From: Bacteroidota bacterium
Lineage (GTDB): Bacteria > Bacteroidota > Ignavibacteria > Ignavibacteriales > Ignavibacteriaceae
Reading direction: 5' to 3'
Assembly (NCBI GenBank): GCA_023433685.1
Contig: JAEYUD010000073.1
Location: forward strand, 2,750 to 66,749
DNA length: 64,000 nucleotides
The translations under genes were made by a program, and so were the position numbers. Positions 38,424-47,321 of the stretch are shown here, piece by piece (the first letter of the stretch is position 1; each line of letters opens with the position of its first letter). The notes under the pieces are model-generated. The model did not search any database, had not been told where the DNA came from, and worked only from the letters and a program-made list of their open reading frames with translations.

Positions 38424-39269
38424 TTGAAACAATTACTGTATCTCTGTATCATCTTACTCTCAATGGCTCATGCCGCAACCCTCGCTCAGGGGTTCGTTGT
38501 AGTGATCGCCTCAGACTATAACAGGGCTGCACTTCAGCCGAAATTTGACCAGGCAGCGGCTGACGGGCTGAATCCCGAGATACTCGATATGAAACTCAGG
38601 AAAGGGATTGTTTACAGGGTTTGTTCCGGTTTTTTTTCAGATATCAACGCCGCGGCAGACCTTTGGGACCGTCTCCGCCAGAAAGAAGAGTATAAAGATG
38701 TCTGGGTTCTTCCGGTTTCTGAAAACTATCTCCTTAAAATGCCGGAGATCAACAGGGAAGAGTTTACAGCACTTTACAACGATATTGTTCAGAAGATCAA
38801 CCGCAAAGATTACGCGGGGCTGAACCGTTATATCAACCCTGACTACGGATTCTACGTGATGATCAATCCCGGTTCGTCGTTTCTTCCCGTGTATCTTGAC
38901 AGTATTCCCACCAGTCTTGATGAGCTCTTTTCTACAGGTATTTTTATTTACTTCGACGAGGCGATCCCCTTTCAATCTGCAAAGATCAAGTTCGGTGAAC
39001 TCCCTGAGTATAATTGTGAATCGGGCGACTGGTCAGCAGAGGGCTGCTTCGTACAGGGGGTAAAAACCTACAGCCGGATCAGCCGCTGGGAATACTCACT
39101 GCTCGAATATGACGATTGGGATGATGAATCGGTTCAGAAACTGCGCCGCGCGGAGAGCAAGATAGTCCTTAGAACTGTAAATACCGGTGGATTTGAAATT
39201 GACTTCGCTTTCGAGAACGGTAAGTGGTACATCGCCGCTTTCGACCTCGCCACAGAGTGCAACCAATAA
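38424..39269 (+). CDS. secreted hypothetical protein with N-terminal SPOR-like segment
   Basis: 281 aa with a TTG start in the track and a signal peptide (LLYLCIILLSMAHAATLAQ). Residues ~22-95 (FVVVIASDYNRAALQPKFDQAAADGL...YRVCSGFFSDINAAADLWDRL) resemble a SPOR fold pattern. The rest is unassigned. Confidence 0.4.
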   Translation: MKQLLYLCIILLSMAHAATLAQGFVVVIASDYNRAALQPKFDQAAADGLNPEILDMKLRKGIVYRVCSGFFSDINAAADLWDRLRQKEEYKDVWVLPVSENYLLKMPEINREEFTALYNDIVQKINRKDYAGLNRYINPDYGFYVMINPGSSFLPVYLDSIPTSLDELFSTGIFIYFDEAIPFQSAKIKFGELPEYNCESGDWSAEGCFVQGVKTYSRISRWEYSLLEYDDWDDESVQKLRRAESKIVLRTVNTGGFEIDFAFENGKWYIAAFDLATECNQ

Positions 39270-39290
39270 CCTTTATATGGAATATTTAAT

Positions 39291-40268
39291 ATGACTTTTA
39301 ATTCGAACCTTAATCTGCTGAAAGCCATCGGCAGAACACCTTGCGTGAAACTCGAGAACATCTCCAAACTTACCGGACACGAAGTTTGGGCAAAGCTTGA
39401 ATTCATGAACCCCGGCGGAAGCATTAAAGACCGCATAGCGATGTACATGATAGAAAAAGCCGAACGGGAAGGAAAGATCAAACCCGGGGATACGATTATC
39501 GAGAACTCATCCGGTAACACCGCAATGGGTCTTGCTATCGTTTGCCGGCAAAAAGGATACAAACTGAAGATCGTTATCCGCGACACCACTTCCAAAGAAA
39601 AGATAAAAATGCTCGAAATAATGGGTGTAGACGTTATAAAGGTTAACGCGTCACTTCCACCCGAACACCCCGATTCTTACAATAATTTCGCTGAAAAATA
39701 CGCCGCTGAGAACCCCGGTGTGTTTTACATAGATCAACACAATAATCTCGACAACAACGAAGCCCACTATATGTCAACGGGACCCGAGATCTGGCAGCAG
39801 ATGAACGGAAGACTCGATTATTTTATCGCTGGAGTTGGCACAGGCGGCACTTGCACCGGAGCAGGAAGATACTTGAAGGAACGGGATCCCGGTATTGCCG
39901 TGATCGGCGTTGACCCCGTTGGATCAATTTTCTACGATTATTTCAAGAAAAAAGAGTTGGTTAAGCCTTCGCGTTACCTTATAGAGGGACTCGGTGATGA
40001 GTTTCTCATCAAAACCGCTCAGCTCGAAATGCTTGATGACATGATACAGGTTACTGACAAGCAGGCTATCGAACATACTTTTCTTCTCGTCGCCCAGGAA
40101 GGGATACTTTCTGGTGGATCTTCAGGCGCGAACATCTTTGGCGTGGTAACTCTCGCGAAGAAAATCAGGAAGCCATCTGTTATCTGCACTGTCATCTGCG
40201 ACTCAGGCTACAAGTACCTCAGCACCGTCTATAACGACGACTGGTTGACAGCGAACAACCTTTTCTGA
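39291..40268 (+). CDS. PLP-dependent cysteine synthase / cystathionine beta-synthase family enzyme
   Basis: 325 aa with the PLP-lysine motif (MNPGGSIKDR), SSGNTAMGLA and GVGTGGT. CysK, CysM and CBS-type cannot be distinguished by eye. Confidence 0.8.
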   Translation: MTFNSNLNLLKAIGRTPCVKLENISKLTGHEVWAKLEFMNPGGSIKDRIAMYMIEKAEREGKIKPGDTIIENSSGNTAMGLAIVCRQKGYKLKIVIRDTTSKEKIKMLEIMGVDVIKVNASLPPEHPDSYNNFAEKYAAENPGVFYIDQHNNLDNNEAHYMSTGPEIWQQMNGRLDYFIAGVGTGGTCTGAGRYLKERDPGIAVIGVDPVGSIFYDYFKKKELVKPSRYLIEGLGDEFLIKTAQLEMLDDMIQVTDKQAIEHTFLLVAQEGILSGGSSGANIFGVVTLAKKIRKPSVICTVICDSGYKYLSTVYNDDWLTANNLF

Positions 40269-40270
40269 CA

Positions 40271-40327
40271 CGAAGATTTTTGCTTTAAAGCAAAATTTTA
40301 CGCGAAGATTTTTGCTTTAAAGCAAAA
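40271..40327. repeat. tandem duplication (period 32 nt) of a palindromic hairpin, terminator-like
   Basis: CGAAGATTTTTGCTTTAAAGCAAAA occurs at 40271-40295 and again at 40303-40327. Each copy holds the perfect 18-nt palindrome TTTTGCTTTAAAGCAAAA. Copy 1 is followed by TTTT and starts 3 nt after the TGA stop at 40266-68. Confidence 0.8.
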
Positions 40328-40367
40328 ATGTTAGTATTTTCGCCGGCTCATTAATGGATTGTGTGAA

Positions 40368-41537
40368 ATGGAGTTAAACAGATATCTCACCACTGATGTG
40401 GTTGAAGACCTGCATAAAAAAATGGTTTTTATTGGTGGCGCTCGCCAAGTCGGAAAGACCACGCTCGCTAAAGACCTTGTTTCCGGCAAATTCAGCAATA
40501 GCCACTACTACAATTGGGACAACCCCCAAGACCGGAAACAACTGAAGGATTTGGCACTGCCGGGCGAACCCTCCCTCCTGATTCTCGATGAAATACATAA
40601 ATACCGGACATGGAAAGGCTTTGTGAAAGGCATCTATGATTCATACAAGGAAAGATATCAGATAATTGTGACCGGAAGTGCCCGCCTGAACATTTACCGC
40701 AAAGGTGGTGATTCACTACAGGGAAGGTACCACTATTACACTCTGCATCCATTTTCCGTAGCAGAGGTTGAAGGTCGCAGAATTGATCCCGAACCCGGTA
40801 AAGAACTTCAGTTCAACGGAAGTGCCGGATCAACTGTGGAAGCTTTAATGAAGTTCGGGGGATTTCCGGAACCTTTCGTGAGTCAGAACGAGAGAACTTT
40901 GCGTCGATGGCAGAATGAGCGACTTGAAAGATTGTTCCGTGAGGACATCCGTGACACAGAGGTGATACATGATCTAATAAGCATGAAATTGCTCGGCGAC
41001 ATGCTCCCAGACAAAGCTTCAGGCCCTTTGTCTGTGAACAGTATAGCCGAAGATTTGCAGGTTAGCCACCGGACCGTAAGCAATTGGCTGAATCTGCTGG
41101 AGCAGTTTTATTATCACTTCAGAATATATCCATACAACTCCATGAAGATAAGGTCGTTAAAAAAAGAACCGAAGACATATCTTTACGATTGGTCTCAAGT
41201 TTCAGGTGAGGGAGAACGATTTGAGAATTTAATTGCCTCACACCTCCTGAAGTTTGTTAATTTTCTTATCGAAAGCCAGGGATACCGGATTGATCTGTAT
41301 TATTTAAGGAATGTTGACAAAAAAGAAGTGGACTTCCTCGTGGTCTACAATAACAAGCCATGGTTCAGTGTTGAGGTCAAACTCAATGACACCTCACCAT
41401 CCAGGAACATTTCATTTTTCCGGGACAGGCTGAACATCCCGTTCAACTATCAGGTTGTACTGAAAAAAGATGTGGATATTCTAAATGACGGGGTGAGGGT
41501 AATAACCGCTGACAAGTTCCTTACTGCTCTTGTATGA
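40368..41537 (+). CDS. AAA_14/DUF4143-type ATPase
   Basis: The track ORF starts at TTG 40359; ATG at 40368 is more likely. It has Walker A FIGGARQVGKTT and Walker B LLILDEIH. Overall length and layout are typical of the AAA_14+DUF4143 family, which is common in Bacteroidota/Chlorobiota. Confidence 0.75.
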   Translation: MELNRYLTTDVVEDLHKKMVFIGGARQVGKTTLAKDLVSGKFSNSHYYNWDNPQDRKQLKDLALPGEPSLLILDEIHKYRTWKGFVKGIYDSYKERYQIIVTGSARLNIYRKGGDSLQGRYHYYTLHPFSVAEVEGRRIDPEPGKELQFNGSAGSTVEALMKFGGFPEPFVSQNERTLRRWQNERLERLFREDIRDTEVIHDLISMKLLGDMLPDKASGPLSVNSIAEDLQVSHRTVSNWLNLLEQFYYHFRIYPYNSMKIRSLKKEPKTYLYDWSQVSGEGERFENLIASHLLKFVNFLIESQGYRIDLYYLRNVDKKEVDFLVVYNNKPWFSVEVKLNDTSPSRNISFFRDRLNIPFNYQVVLKKDVDILNDGVRVITADKFLTALV

Positions 41538-41555
41538 AAAGAAAATTAAACCGGC

Positions 41556-42170
41556 CTACTCCTCAAACATGGAGACATCACCGGCACCTTCTCTTAAGAT
41601 CACAGGCTCGTCGCCACTGAGGTCAACAACACTGGAGGGTTTATTCGGTACGTAACCCGCGGCGAGCATCACATCTACTGCATAGTGGAGCACTGACTCT
41701 ATCTCTTCAGGGCGGGAGAGAATATCCCCCTTGCGGTTGGTGGTTGAGGTACTCACGATCGGGTGCCCCAATTCCTTGGCGAGATCGATCACAATTGAGT
41801 GGTCAGGCACTCTGATACCCACAGTTTTTCTTTTCGACCAAAGCCTCTTTGGCACTTCCCTTGCCGCGGGCAGAATAAAAGTATAGGGGCCCGGAAGAAG
41901 TTTCTTCATCCTTTTATAAGCATAATCAGAAACCCTCGCGTAAGTGGAAATATCTTTAAGATCCGGAACGATAAAGCTGAAAAGTTTCTCCGTGTCTCCA
42001 CCCTTGATGAAAATAAGCCTCTCGATAGCGCTTTTCGAGTAAATACTGCATCCCATACCGTAGTAAGTATCGGTCGGGAAGATCACGATCTGCCCTTCCC
42101 TTAAGGCATCAGCTGCCTTGGTTATAAATCTCTTCTGTGGTGTAACGGGGTGAAGTTCGTATACTTCCAT
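41556..42170 (-). CDS. second YrdC/TsaC-family L-threonylcarbamoyladenylate synthase paralogue
   Basis: 204 aa with VIFPTDTYYGMGCSIYS, LLPGPYTFILPA, VGIRVPDH and PIVSTSTTN. It is convergent with the DUF4143 gene across an 18-nt gap. Confidence 0.8.
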   Translation of the reverse strand: MEVYELHPVTPQKRFITKAADALREGQIVIFPTDTYYGMGCSIYSKSAIERLIFIKGGDTEKLFSFIVPDLKDISTYARVSDYAYKRMKKLLPGPYTFILPAAREVPKRLWSKRKTVGIRVPDHSIVIDLAKELGHPIVSTSTTNRKGDILSRPEEIESVLHYAVDVMLAAGYVPNKPSSVVDLSGDEPVILREGAGDVSMFEE

Positions 42171-42245
42171 CGCGAATCTTTACTGAAAAATCTTAAATTG
42201 ATTTCTAAAAATACAACTTCCCTTACAATCTCACCCAAATCCAAT

Positions 42246-42279
42246 AAAAAAAGGCTGCCCATTTCTGAACAGCCTTTTT
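42246..42279 (-). terminator. rho-independent (bidirectional-looking) terminator downstream of ahcY
   Basis: AAAAAAAGGCTG (42246-57), a 12-nt loop, then CAGCCTTTTT (42270-79). Read on the minus strand, the stem is followed by a T7 run. Confidence 0.6.
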
Positions 42280-42315
42280 CAAGTGGTTAACGGTTAGAGG
42301 TAAGTGGTGAGGTTT

Positions 42316-42370
42316 TCAGCCTTCAGTCCGCCGCGGAGGATCAGCCTTCAGTCCGCCGCGGCGGATCAGC
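42316..42370. repeat. 25-nt tandem direct repeat (2 copies plus a partial) containing GC-rich palindromes
   Basis: TCAGCCTTCAGTCCGCCGCGGaGGA (42316-40) and TCAGCCTTCAGTCCGCCGCGGcGGA (42341-65) are followed by TCAGC. Copy 2 contains the perfect 14-nt palindrome TCCGCCGCGGCGGA. The repeat lies 27 nt past the ahcY stop. Confidence 0.7.
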
Positions 42371-42396
42371 TCTCAGCCATAATACCTAATACCTGA

Positions 42397-43674
42397 TCAG
42401 GTACCAGCCGCGTAATCGTCCATGTATTCGATCTGCTCGGGGGTGAGTTTATCGATCGAGTAGCCAAGGGTGGTAAGCTTGATACCGGCGATATGCTGAT
42501 CCTGCTCTTCAGAAATGTCGTAAACTTTGTTATCAAGTTTATTGCCATTTTTGTGCTCTGTAGCAAGGCGTACTTGCGACATGAACTGGTTGGCGAACGA
42601 CATATCCATTACCTCTGAAGGGTGACCTTCAGCGGCAGCGAGGTTCACGAGACGGCCCTGAGCGAGAAGATAGATCTTTCTACCGTCGGCAAGGGTGTAC
42701 TCTTCGTTGTTCGGACGGACAGTTCTCTTCGAAACCGCAATGGCTTCAAGATCGTCGATGTTGATTTCGCAGTCATAGTGACCGGTGTTGCAGATAATGG
42801 CACCATCTTTCATTTTTTCGAAGTGTCTCTTGACAATGATATCCTTAATACCGGTGGCTGTAATGAAAACGTCACCAACTTCAGAAGCCTGATCCATCGT
42901 CATAACGCGCATTCCTTCGAGGGTGGCTTTAAGAGCAGCGGTTGGCTTTACTTCGGTGGCTATAACGTTGGCTCCCAAGCCCTGAGCTCTCTTCGCGACA
43001 CCACTTCCGCAGTGACCGTAACCGGCTACAACGAAGTTTTTGCCCGCGAGGAGGATCGAAGTGGCTCTGAGAATACCGTCGATCGATGACTGACCTGTAC
43101 CAAAAACGTTGTCGAAATCCCATTTGGTTTCGGCATCGTTAACAGCGATAACAGGGTACTTAAGCGCGCCGGCATCAGCCATTGCTCTGAGTCTGTGTAC
43201 ACCGGTTGTGGTTTCTTCTGTTCCGCCGATGATGGTCGGGATCAGTTCAGGGAATTTGTTGTGAACGGTGAAGATAAGATCGGCACCGTCATCAAGTGTG
43301 AGGTTCGGTTTCATATCGAGTGTACGCTCGATGCACCAGTAAAACTCCTCAACGTTCATTCCGTGCCAGGCGTAAATTTCAGTACCGTTGGCAGCGAGAG
43401 CCGCGGCGATGTCATCCTGGGTTGAAAGAGGGTTGCAGCCTGACCAGGATACCTGGGCGCCCGCGGCGGAGAGGGTCTCGATAAGAACCGCGGTTTCTTT
43501 TGTAACATGCAAGCAACCGGCAATTCTGTATCCGGCGAGAGGTTTGGTTACCTCAACTTCTTTTCTGATCTGCATCATTACGGGCATTCTTGACTCGGCC
43601 CACTCGATCTTCATTCTTCCCTGATCGGCGAGCGTAATGTCTTTTACCTTGTAGTGACCTGTTTTATGATCCAT
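42397..43674 (-). CDS. ahcY: adenosylhomocysteinase
   Basis: 425 aa. It has the N-terminus YKVKDITLADQGRMKIEWAESRMPV, the NAD-binding VAGYGHCGSG, and HYDCEI. Confidence 0.95.
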   Translation of the reverse strand: MDHKTGHYKVKDITLADQGRMKIEWAESRMPVMMQIRKEVEVTKPLAGYRIAGCLHVTKETAVLIETLSAAGAQVSWSGCNPLSTQDDIAAALAANGTEIYAWHGMNVEEFYWCIERTLDMKPNLTLDDGADLIFTVHNKFPELIPTIIGGTEETTTGVHRLRAMADAGALKYPVIAVNDAETKWDFDNVFGTGQSSIDGILRATSILLAGKNFVVAGYGHCGSGVAKRAQGLGANVIATEVKPTAALKATLEGMRVMTMDQASEVGDVFITATGIKDIIVKRHFEKMKDGAIICNTGHYDCEINIDDLEAIAVSKRTVRPNNEEYTLADGRKIYLLAQGRLVNLAAAEGHPSEVMDMSFANQFMSQVRLATEHKNGNKLDNKVYDISEEQDQHIAGIKLTTLGYSIDKLTPEQIEYMDDYAAGT

Positions 43675-43715
43675 TAAATTAAACTCCTGATTTCATGTAA
43701 TCTGATTGTGAACAA

Positions 43716-44858
43716 TTAATTAGCGTATTTCTTGAACGTGTCTACGAGGTCAAGTTTTTCCCAGGTAAAGCCGTCACCGGTTCTACCGAAGTGACCGTAA
43801 GCCGCGGTAGCCTTGTATACAGGCCTTCTGAGCTGAAGTCTCTCAATAATTCCTTTTGGTGTGAGGTCAACTTCTCTGGTGATCATTTCAGCGATCTTTG
43901 TATCGGCTATCTTGCCGGTGCCATAGGTGTTTACAAAAACTGAAACAGGTTCGGCAACGCCGATGGCGTAAGCCACCTGAACGAGACATTCTTTCGCGAG
44001 TCCGGCTGCTACCACGTTTTTGGCGATGTGACGTGCGGCGTAGGTAGCGCTTCTGTCAACTTTGGAAGGATCTTTTCCGGAGAATGCACCACCACCATGA
44101 GGAGCCCATCCACCGTAGGTGTCAACGATGATCTTGCGGCCTGTGAGACCTGTGTCTCCGTGCGGTCCGCCGATCTCGAATCTTCCTGTGGGGTTGATGT
44201 GGAATTTGGTGTTCGCGTCGAGAAGATTTGCGGGAATAACGGTTTTAATAACGTGCTCAATAACTTCGTTTTTGATCGTTTCCTGATCAACATCACTGTC
44301 ATGCTGGGTGGAGACAACAACCGCGTCAACTCTGAGAGGTGTTTTGTCATCCGAATATTCAACGGTAACCTGTGACTTGGAGTCAGGTCTCAACCACTTC
44401 ATTATCTTGCCTTCTTTTCTGATGGCGGCAAGTTTCTCAACGAGCCTGTGCGAAAGAACGATAGGAAGTGGCATCAGTTCTTCGGTCTGGTCGCAGGCAA
44501 ATCCGAACATGATACCCTGATCACCGGCTCCACCTGTATCAACACCCATGGCGATATCGCCGGACTGTTCGTGCATTACGTTAACGATACCAACGCTTTC
44601 GGCGGCAAATTTATACTCGGATTTGGTGTATCCGATCTCTTCAATTGTTTCTCTTACGATCTTCTGAAGATCAATGTAAGCATTTGTTGTGATTTCGCCA
44701 CCGACAACAACAAGACCGGTAGTGGCATAGGTTTCGCAAGCCACTCTTGAGTTGGGGTCTTGAGCATAAATCGCGTCAAGCACCGCGTCGGAAATGGCAT
44801 CACACAGTTTATCGGGGTGTCCTTCGGACACGGATTCAGATGTGAAATAAAATGACAT
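43716..44858 (-). CDS. metK: S-adenosylmethionine synthase
   Basis: 380 aa with [53 protein letters not shown]. Confidence 0.95.
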   Translation of the reverse strand: MSFYFTSESVSEGHPDKLCDAISDAVLDAIYAQDPNSRVACETYATTGLVVVGGEITTNAYIDLQKIVRETIEEIGYTKSEYKFAAESVGIVNVMHEQSGDIAMGVDTGGAGDQGIMFGFACDQTEELMPLPIVLSHRLVEKLAAIRKEGKIMKWLRPDSKSQVTVEYSDDKTPLRVDAVVVSTQHDSDVDQETIKNEVIEHVIKTVIPANLLDANTKFHINPTGRFEIGGPHGDTGLTGRKIIVDTYGGWAPHGGGAFSGKDPSKVDRSATYAARHIAKNVVAAGLAKECLVQVAYAIGVAEPVSVFVNTYGTGKIADTKIAEMITREVDLTPKGIIERLQLRRPVYKATAAYGHFGRTGDGFTWEKLDLVDTFKKYAN

Positions 44859-44886
44859 CTTTGATTGTTTCCTTGTTTTGAACTGT

Positions 44887-45864
44887 TTAGTTAAAGTCTA
44901 TTTCGGAAGAGTCACCCGTGTTCACCCGGGTATACTTCCCTCTTAAAAATGAATTGGCGCCGATCAGCGAGTCTTCCAGAATCGATCGCTCCACTTCTGC
45001 ATTTATTCCTATTATCGAATTTTTTACCACAGAGTCAGATATCTTTACGCCTTCTGATACTGTTACAAACGGACCGATAACCGAATTGGTTATCTCCGTG
45101 TTCGGATGGACATAACATGGCGGGATTATCACCACCTTGTCGCCGCTGTTAGATCCGTGATCCTTCGATAATAAAAACCTGTTTGTCTCCAATAAAGTTT
45201 CAGGTTTTCCACAGTCGTACCATCCTTCAACGGTAAAAGGCACCATCTCCTCGCCAAGATCAAGCATCTTCTGAAGAGCATCGGTCAATTGGAACTCGCC
45301 GCGTGTGCGGATGTTGTTCTCGATATTGAGCTTAAGGCATTCGGCAAGTCTTTGCGAATTTTTGATGTAATAAAGGCCGACAATTGCCATGTTGGAAGGA
45401 GGCACTTCAGGTTTCTCAACAAGCTCTTTTATCTTGCCATCCTGAATTATCGCCACGCCGAACCTGCGGGGGTCATCAACGTGTTTGAGGCCGAGCGCGC
45501 TGCTCCCGAGACTGAATACCATGTCGAGATCAACATCGAAGATAGTATCCCCAAGAATGATGAATATTTCGTCATTCCCGAAAGTATGGGCAGCCTGATA
45601 AATGGCGTGACCGAGACCCTCCTGTTTTTTTTGCTCTACAAAAATCGAGTCCATTTGTGGGAAATTCTTCTCGACATAATTCCTTATCATTGAGCCAAGA
45701 TGCCCCGTAACGAACGTCGCCTCATTAACCCCGGAATCGAGAAGTTTCTGCAATATATGTCCCAGGATCGGTTTATCACCAACCGTCAGTAAAACTTTGG
45801 GAACAGTATTTGTGTGTGGTTTAAGTCGGCTGCCGATTCCGGCCACCGGTATAATTGCTCTCAT
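44887..45864 (-). CDS. sugar-1-phosphate nucleotidyltransferase with C-terminal left-handed beta-helix
   Basis: 325 aa with the N-terminal motif [26 protein letters not shown]. The C-terminal hexapeptide-like repeats include [29 protein letters not shown]. Confidence 0.75.
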   Translation of the reverse strand: MRAIIPVAGIGSRLKPHTNTVPKVLLTVGDKPILGHILQKLLDSGVNEATFVTGHLGSMIRNYVEKNFPQMDSIFVEQKKQEGLGHAIYQAAHTFGNDEIFIILGDTIFDVDLDMVFSLGSSALGLKHVDDPRRFGVAIIQDGKIKELVEKPEVPPSNMAIVGLYYIKNSQRLAECLKLNIENNIRTRGEFQLTDALQKMLDLGEEMVPFTVEGWYDCGKPETLLETNRFLLSKDHGSNSGDKVVIIPPCYVHPNTEITNSVIGPFVTVSEGVKISDSVVKNSIIGINAEVERSILEDSLIGANSFLRGKYTRVNTGDSSEIDFN

Positions 45865-45961
45865 CCGTGGAATATTTTAAAAGTTGAACAACAAAGATAT
45901 TTATTTTCCTGATCACTGGCAATTATAGGGGAATCACTTAATGTAATATTCATCAACCCAA

Positions 45962-47308
45962 CTACGCGGTTTTTCTCCTGATATACCATTCTTTAATTGT
46001 GAACATGCCATACGCGCTGAATAAAAGATAGTAAGGCATAAGTGGAAGCTTGAATCTTGCCTGGAAACCAAATAGTCCTGTCAGTCCCAACAAATATACC
46101 AACAGGAAAAGAGATGTAAACAACAGCACATAATTCTTTTCTTTTGCGAGAACAATTGCACCCAGAATGGCGGTTGAATATTCGACAACAAACAATATCA
46201 TAAAAGCCACGGTGAGGAAGATTGAAAAAACACCCTTCTCTTTAATGAAGCTCCCAATTTTTGAAACATTTGTTTCCCCGTAATAAGAACCGGTCAGTTG
46301 CACTTCCTCAATTCCCAGTAATTTGGATATTCTGTAAGAGCTTATTGAGAAAAAGATATTAAATACCCCGATGAAGTGATTTTGGATCAAGGTGACAGGA
46401 TCTTTTTTGATCATTTCCAATCCTATATCCCGCTGTGCCTTCTCCACCGTAAAAGGATTGGCGCCAGGGCCTCCGGAAATCGAATCAACCTTGCCTCCTA
46501 TTGAACTCCACACCTCATCCATGGTACCTCCATCCCTGTTCGCATAATCAATGGATGCCGCGTACACATAAAGGATATTGTAACCACCGGTAGTGCAGAA
46601 TGACCAGCTGTCAAATTTCACATAGTTCCTCATGTACCATGGTGAAAGCAGCACGAAGAACAGCGCGGTCATCAATCCCCAGGATTTCAGCTTTTGCTTC
46701 CAGCTGCCTTTTCCCAAAATCAAATACAACGGCAACATGGCAGGTGCCAAATAGAGCGTTACAGGCCGGATATAAGCAGAAGCGGCCATGAAAACTGTGG
46801 CAATTAAAAGGTATTTGAGTGTTTCAGTCTGATAATATTTTATAAGGTAATAAGTCATTACCAGGATTACCGGGATAAAAAGTGCTTCTGAAAGCAAATT
46901 AAATGAGAAAAGTATCAAATGTGGATCTAAAGCAAGCAACGAACCCGCAACTAATGATGTCTTTTCACCAAAAAACATCCTGGCAATTTTATAAGTCATA
47001 AAGACCGAGAAAACCGACAGCATCAGTTGAACTGCATATACCAAAGGAAGGTTAACGCCAAATATCCAGTAAAAAAACGCAATGAATACAGGATACCCGG
47101 GGGTCCGGATGGTGTTGTCAAGAAAATCCCAACCGAGCATGGCTTTCGCAAGTTCATGGTATTCCTGTGGGTCGTAATAGAATAACTGGTGGGTCTCGAA
47201 CTCAAGGTTCCATGGCTGTATTATAACAAACAAAATTAATCTTAAGAGGACTGCTGCTGCTATTACCGTCCCGATATTAAACCCAATTTTCATTTTTAAT
47301 TTAGTCAT
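45962..47308 (-). CDS. GT-C fold glycosyltransferase, GT39/ArnT (PMT_2)-like
   Basis: 448 aa with about 11-12 TM helices. The first-loop acidic motif YYDPQEYHELA is followed by RTPGYPVFIAFF. It is a paralogue of the next gene. Confidence 0.6.
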   Translation of the reverse strand: MTKLKMKIGFNIGTVIAAAVLLRLILFVIIQPWNLEFETHQLFYYDPQEYHELAKAMLGWDFLDNTIRTPGYPVFIAFFYWIFGVNLPLVYAVQLMLSVFSVFMTYKIARMFFGEKTSLVAGSLLALDPHLILFSFNLLSEALFIPVILVMTYYLIKYYQTETLKYLLIATVFMAASAYIRPVTLYLAPAMLPLYLILGKGSWKQKLKSWGLMTALFFVLLSPWYMRNYVKFDSWSFCTTGGYNILYVYAASIDYANRDGGTMDEVWSSIGGKVDSISGGPGANPFTVEKAQRDIGLEMIKKDPVTLIQNHFIGVFNIFFSISSYRISKLLGIEEVQLTGSYYGETNVSKIGSFIKEKGVFSIFLTVAFMILFVVEYSTAILGAIVLAKEKNYVLLFTSLFLLVYLLGLTGLFGFQARFKLPLMPYYLLFSAYGMFTIKEWYIRRKTA

Positions 47309-47321
47309 TCAGACCCCCACT

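Noticed and set aside
40271-40327. Possible CRISPR array, considered for both this repeat and the one at 42316..42370.
   Set aside because: Each has only two copies with 7-nt or 0-nt spacers. There are no cas genes and the repeat length and spacing are unlike CRISPR. Both are treated as simple tandem duplications.
43675-44886. SAM or SAH riboswitch upstream of metK/ahcY.
   Set aside because: The spacers upstream of metK (28 nt) and ahcY (41 nt) are too short for either aptamer. Both genes appear co-transcribed with the upstream nucleotidyltransferase gene.
45892-45922. Bacteroidota-style promoter on the minus strand: TAtcTTTG (complement of 45892-99) with a TTG 20 nt upstream, ~30 nt before the nucleotidyltransferase start.
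   Set aside because: The motif is short and the spacer is AT-rich, so a chance match is likely. I also cannot show that this organism uses that promoter type. It is not reported as a feature.
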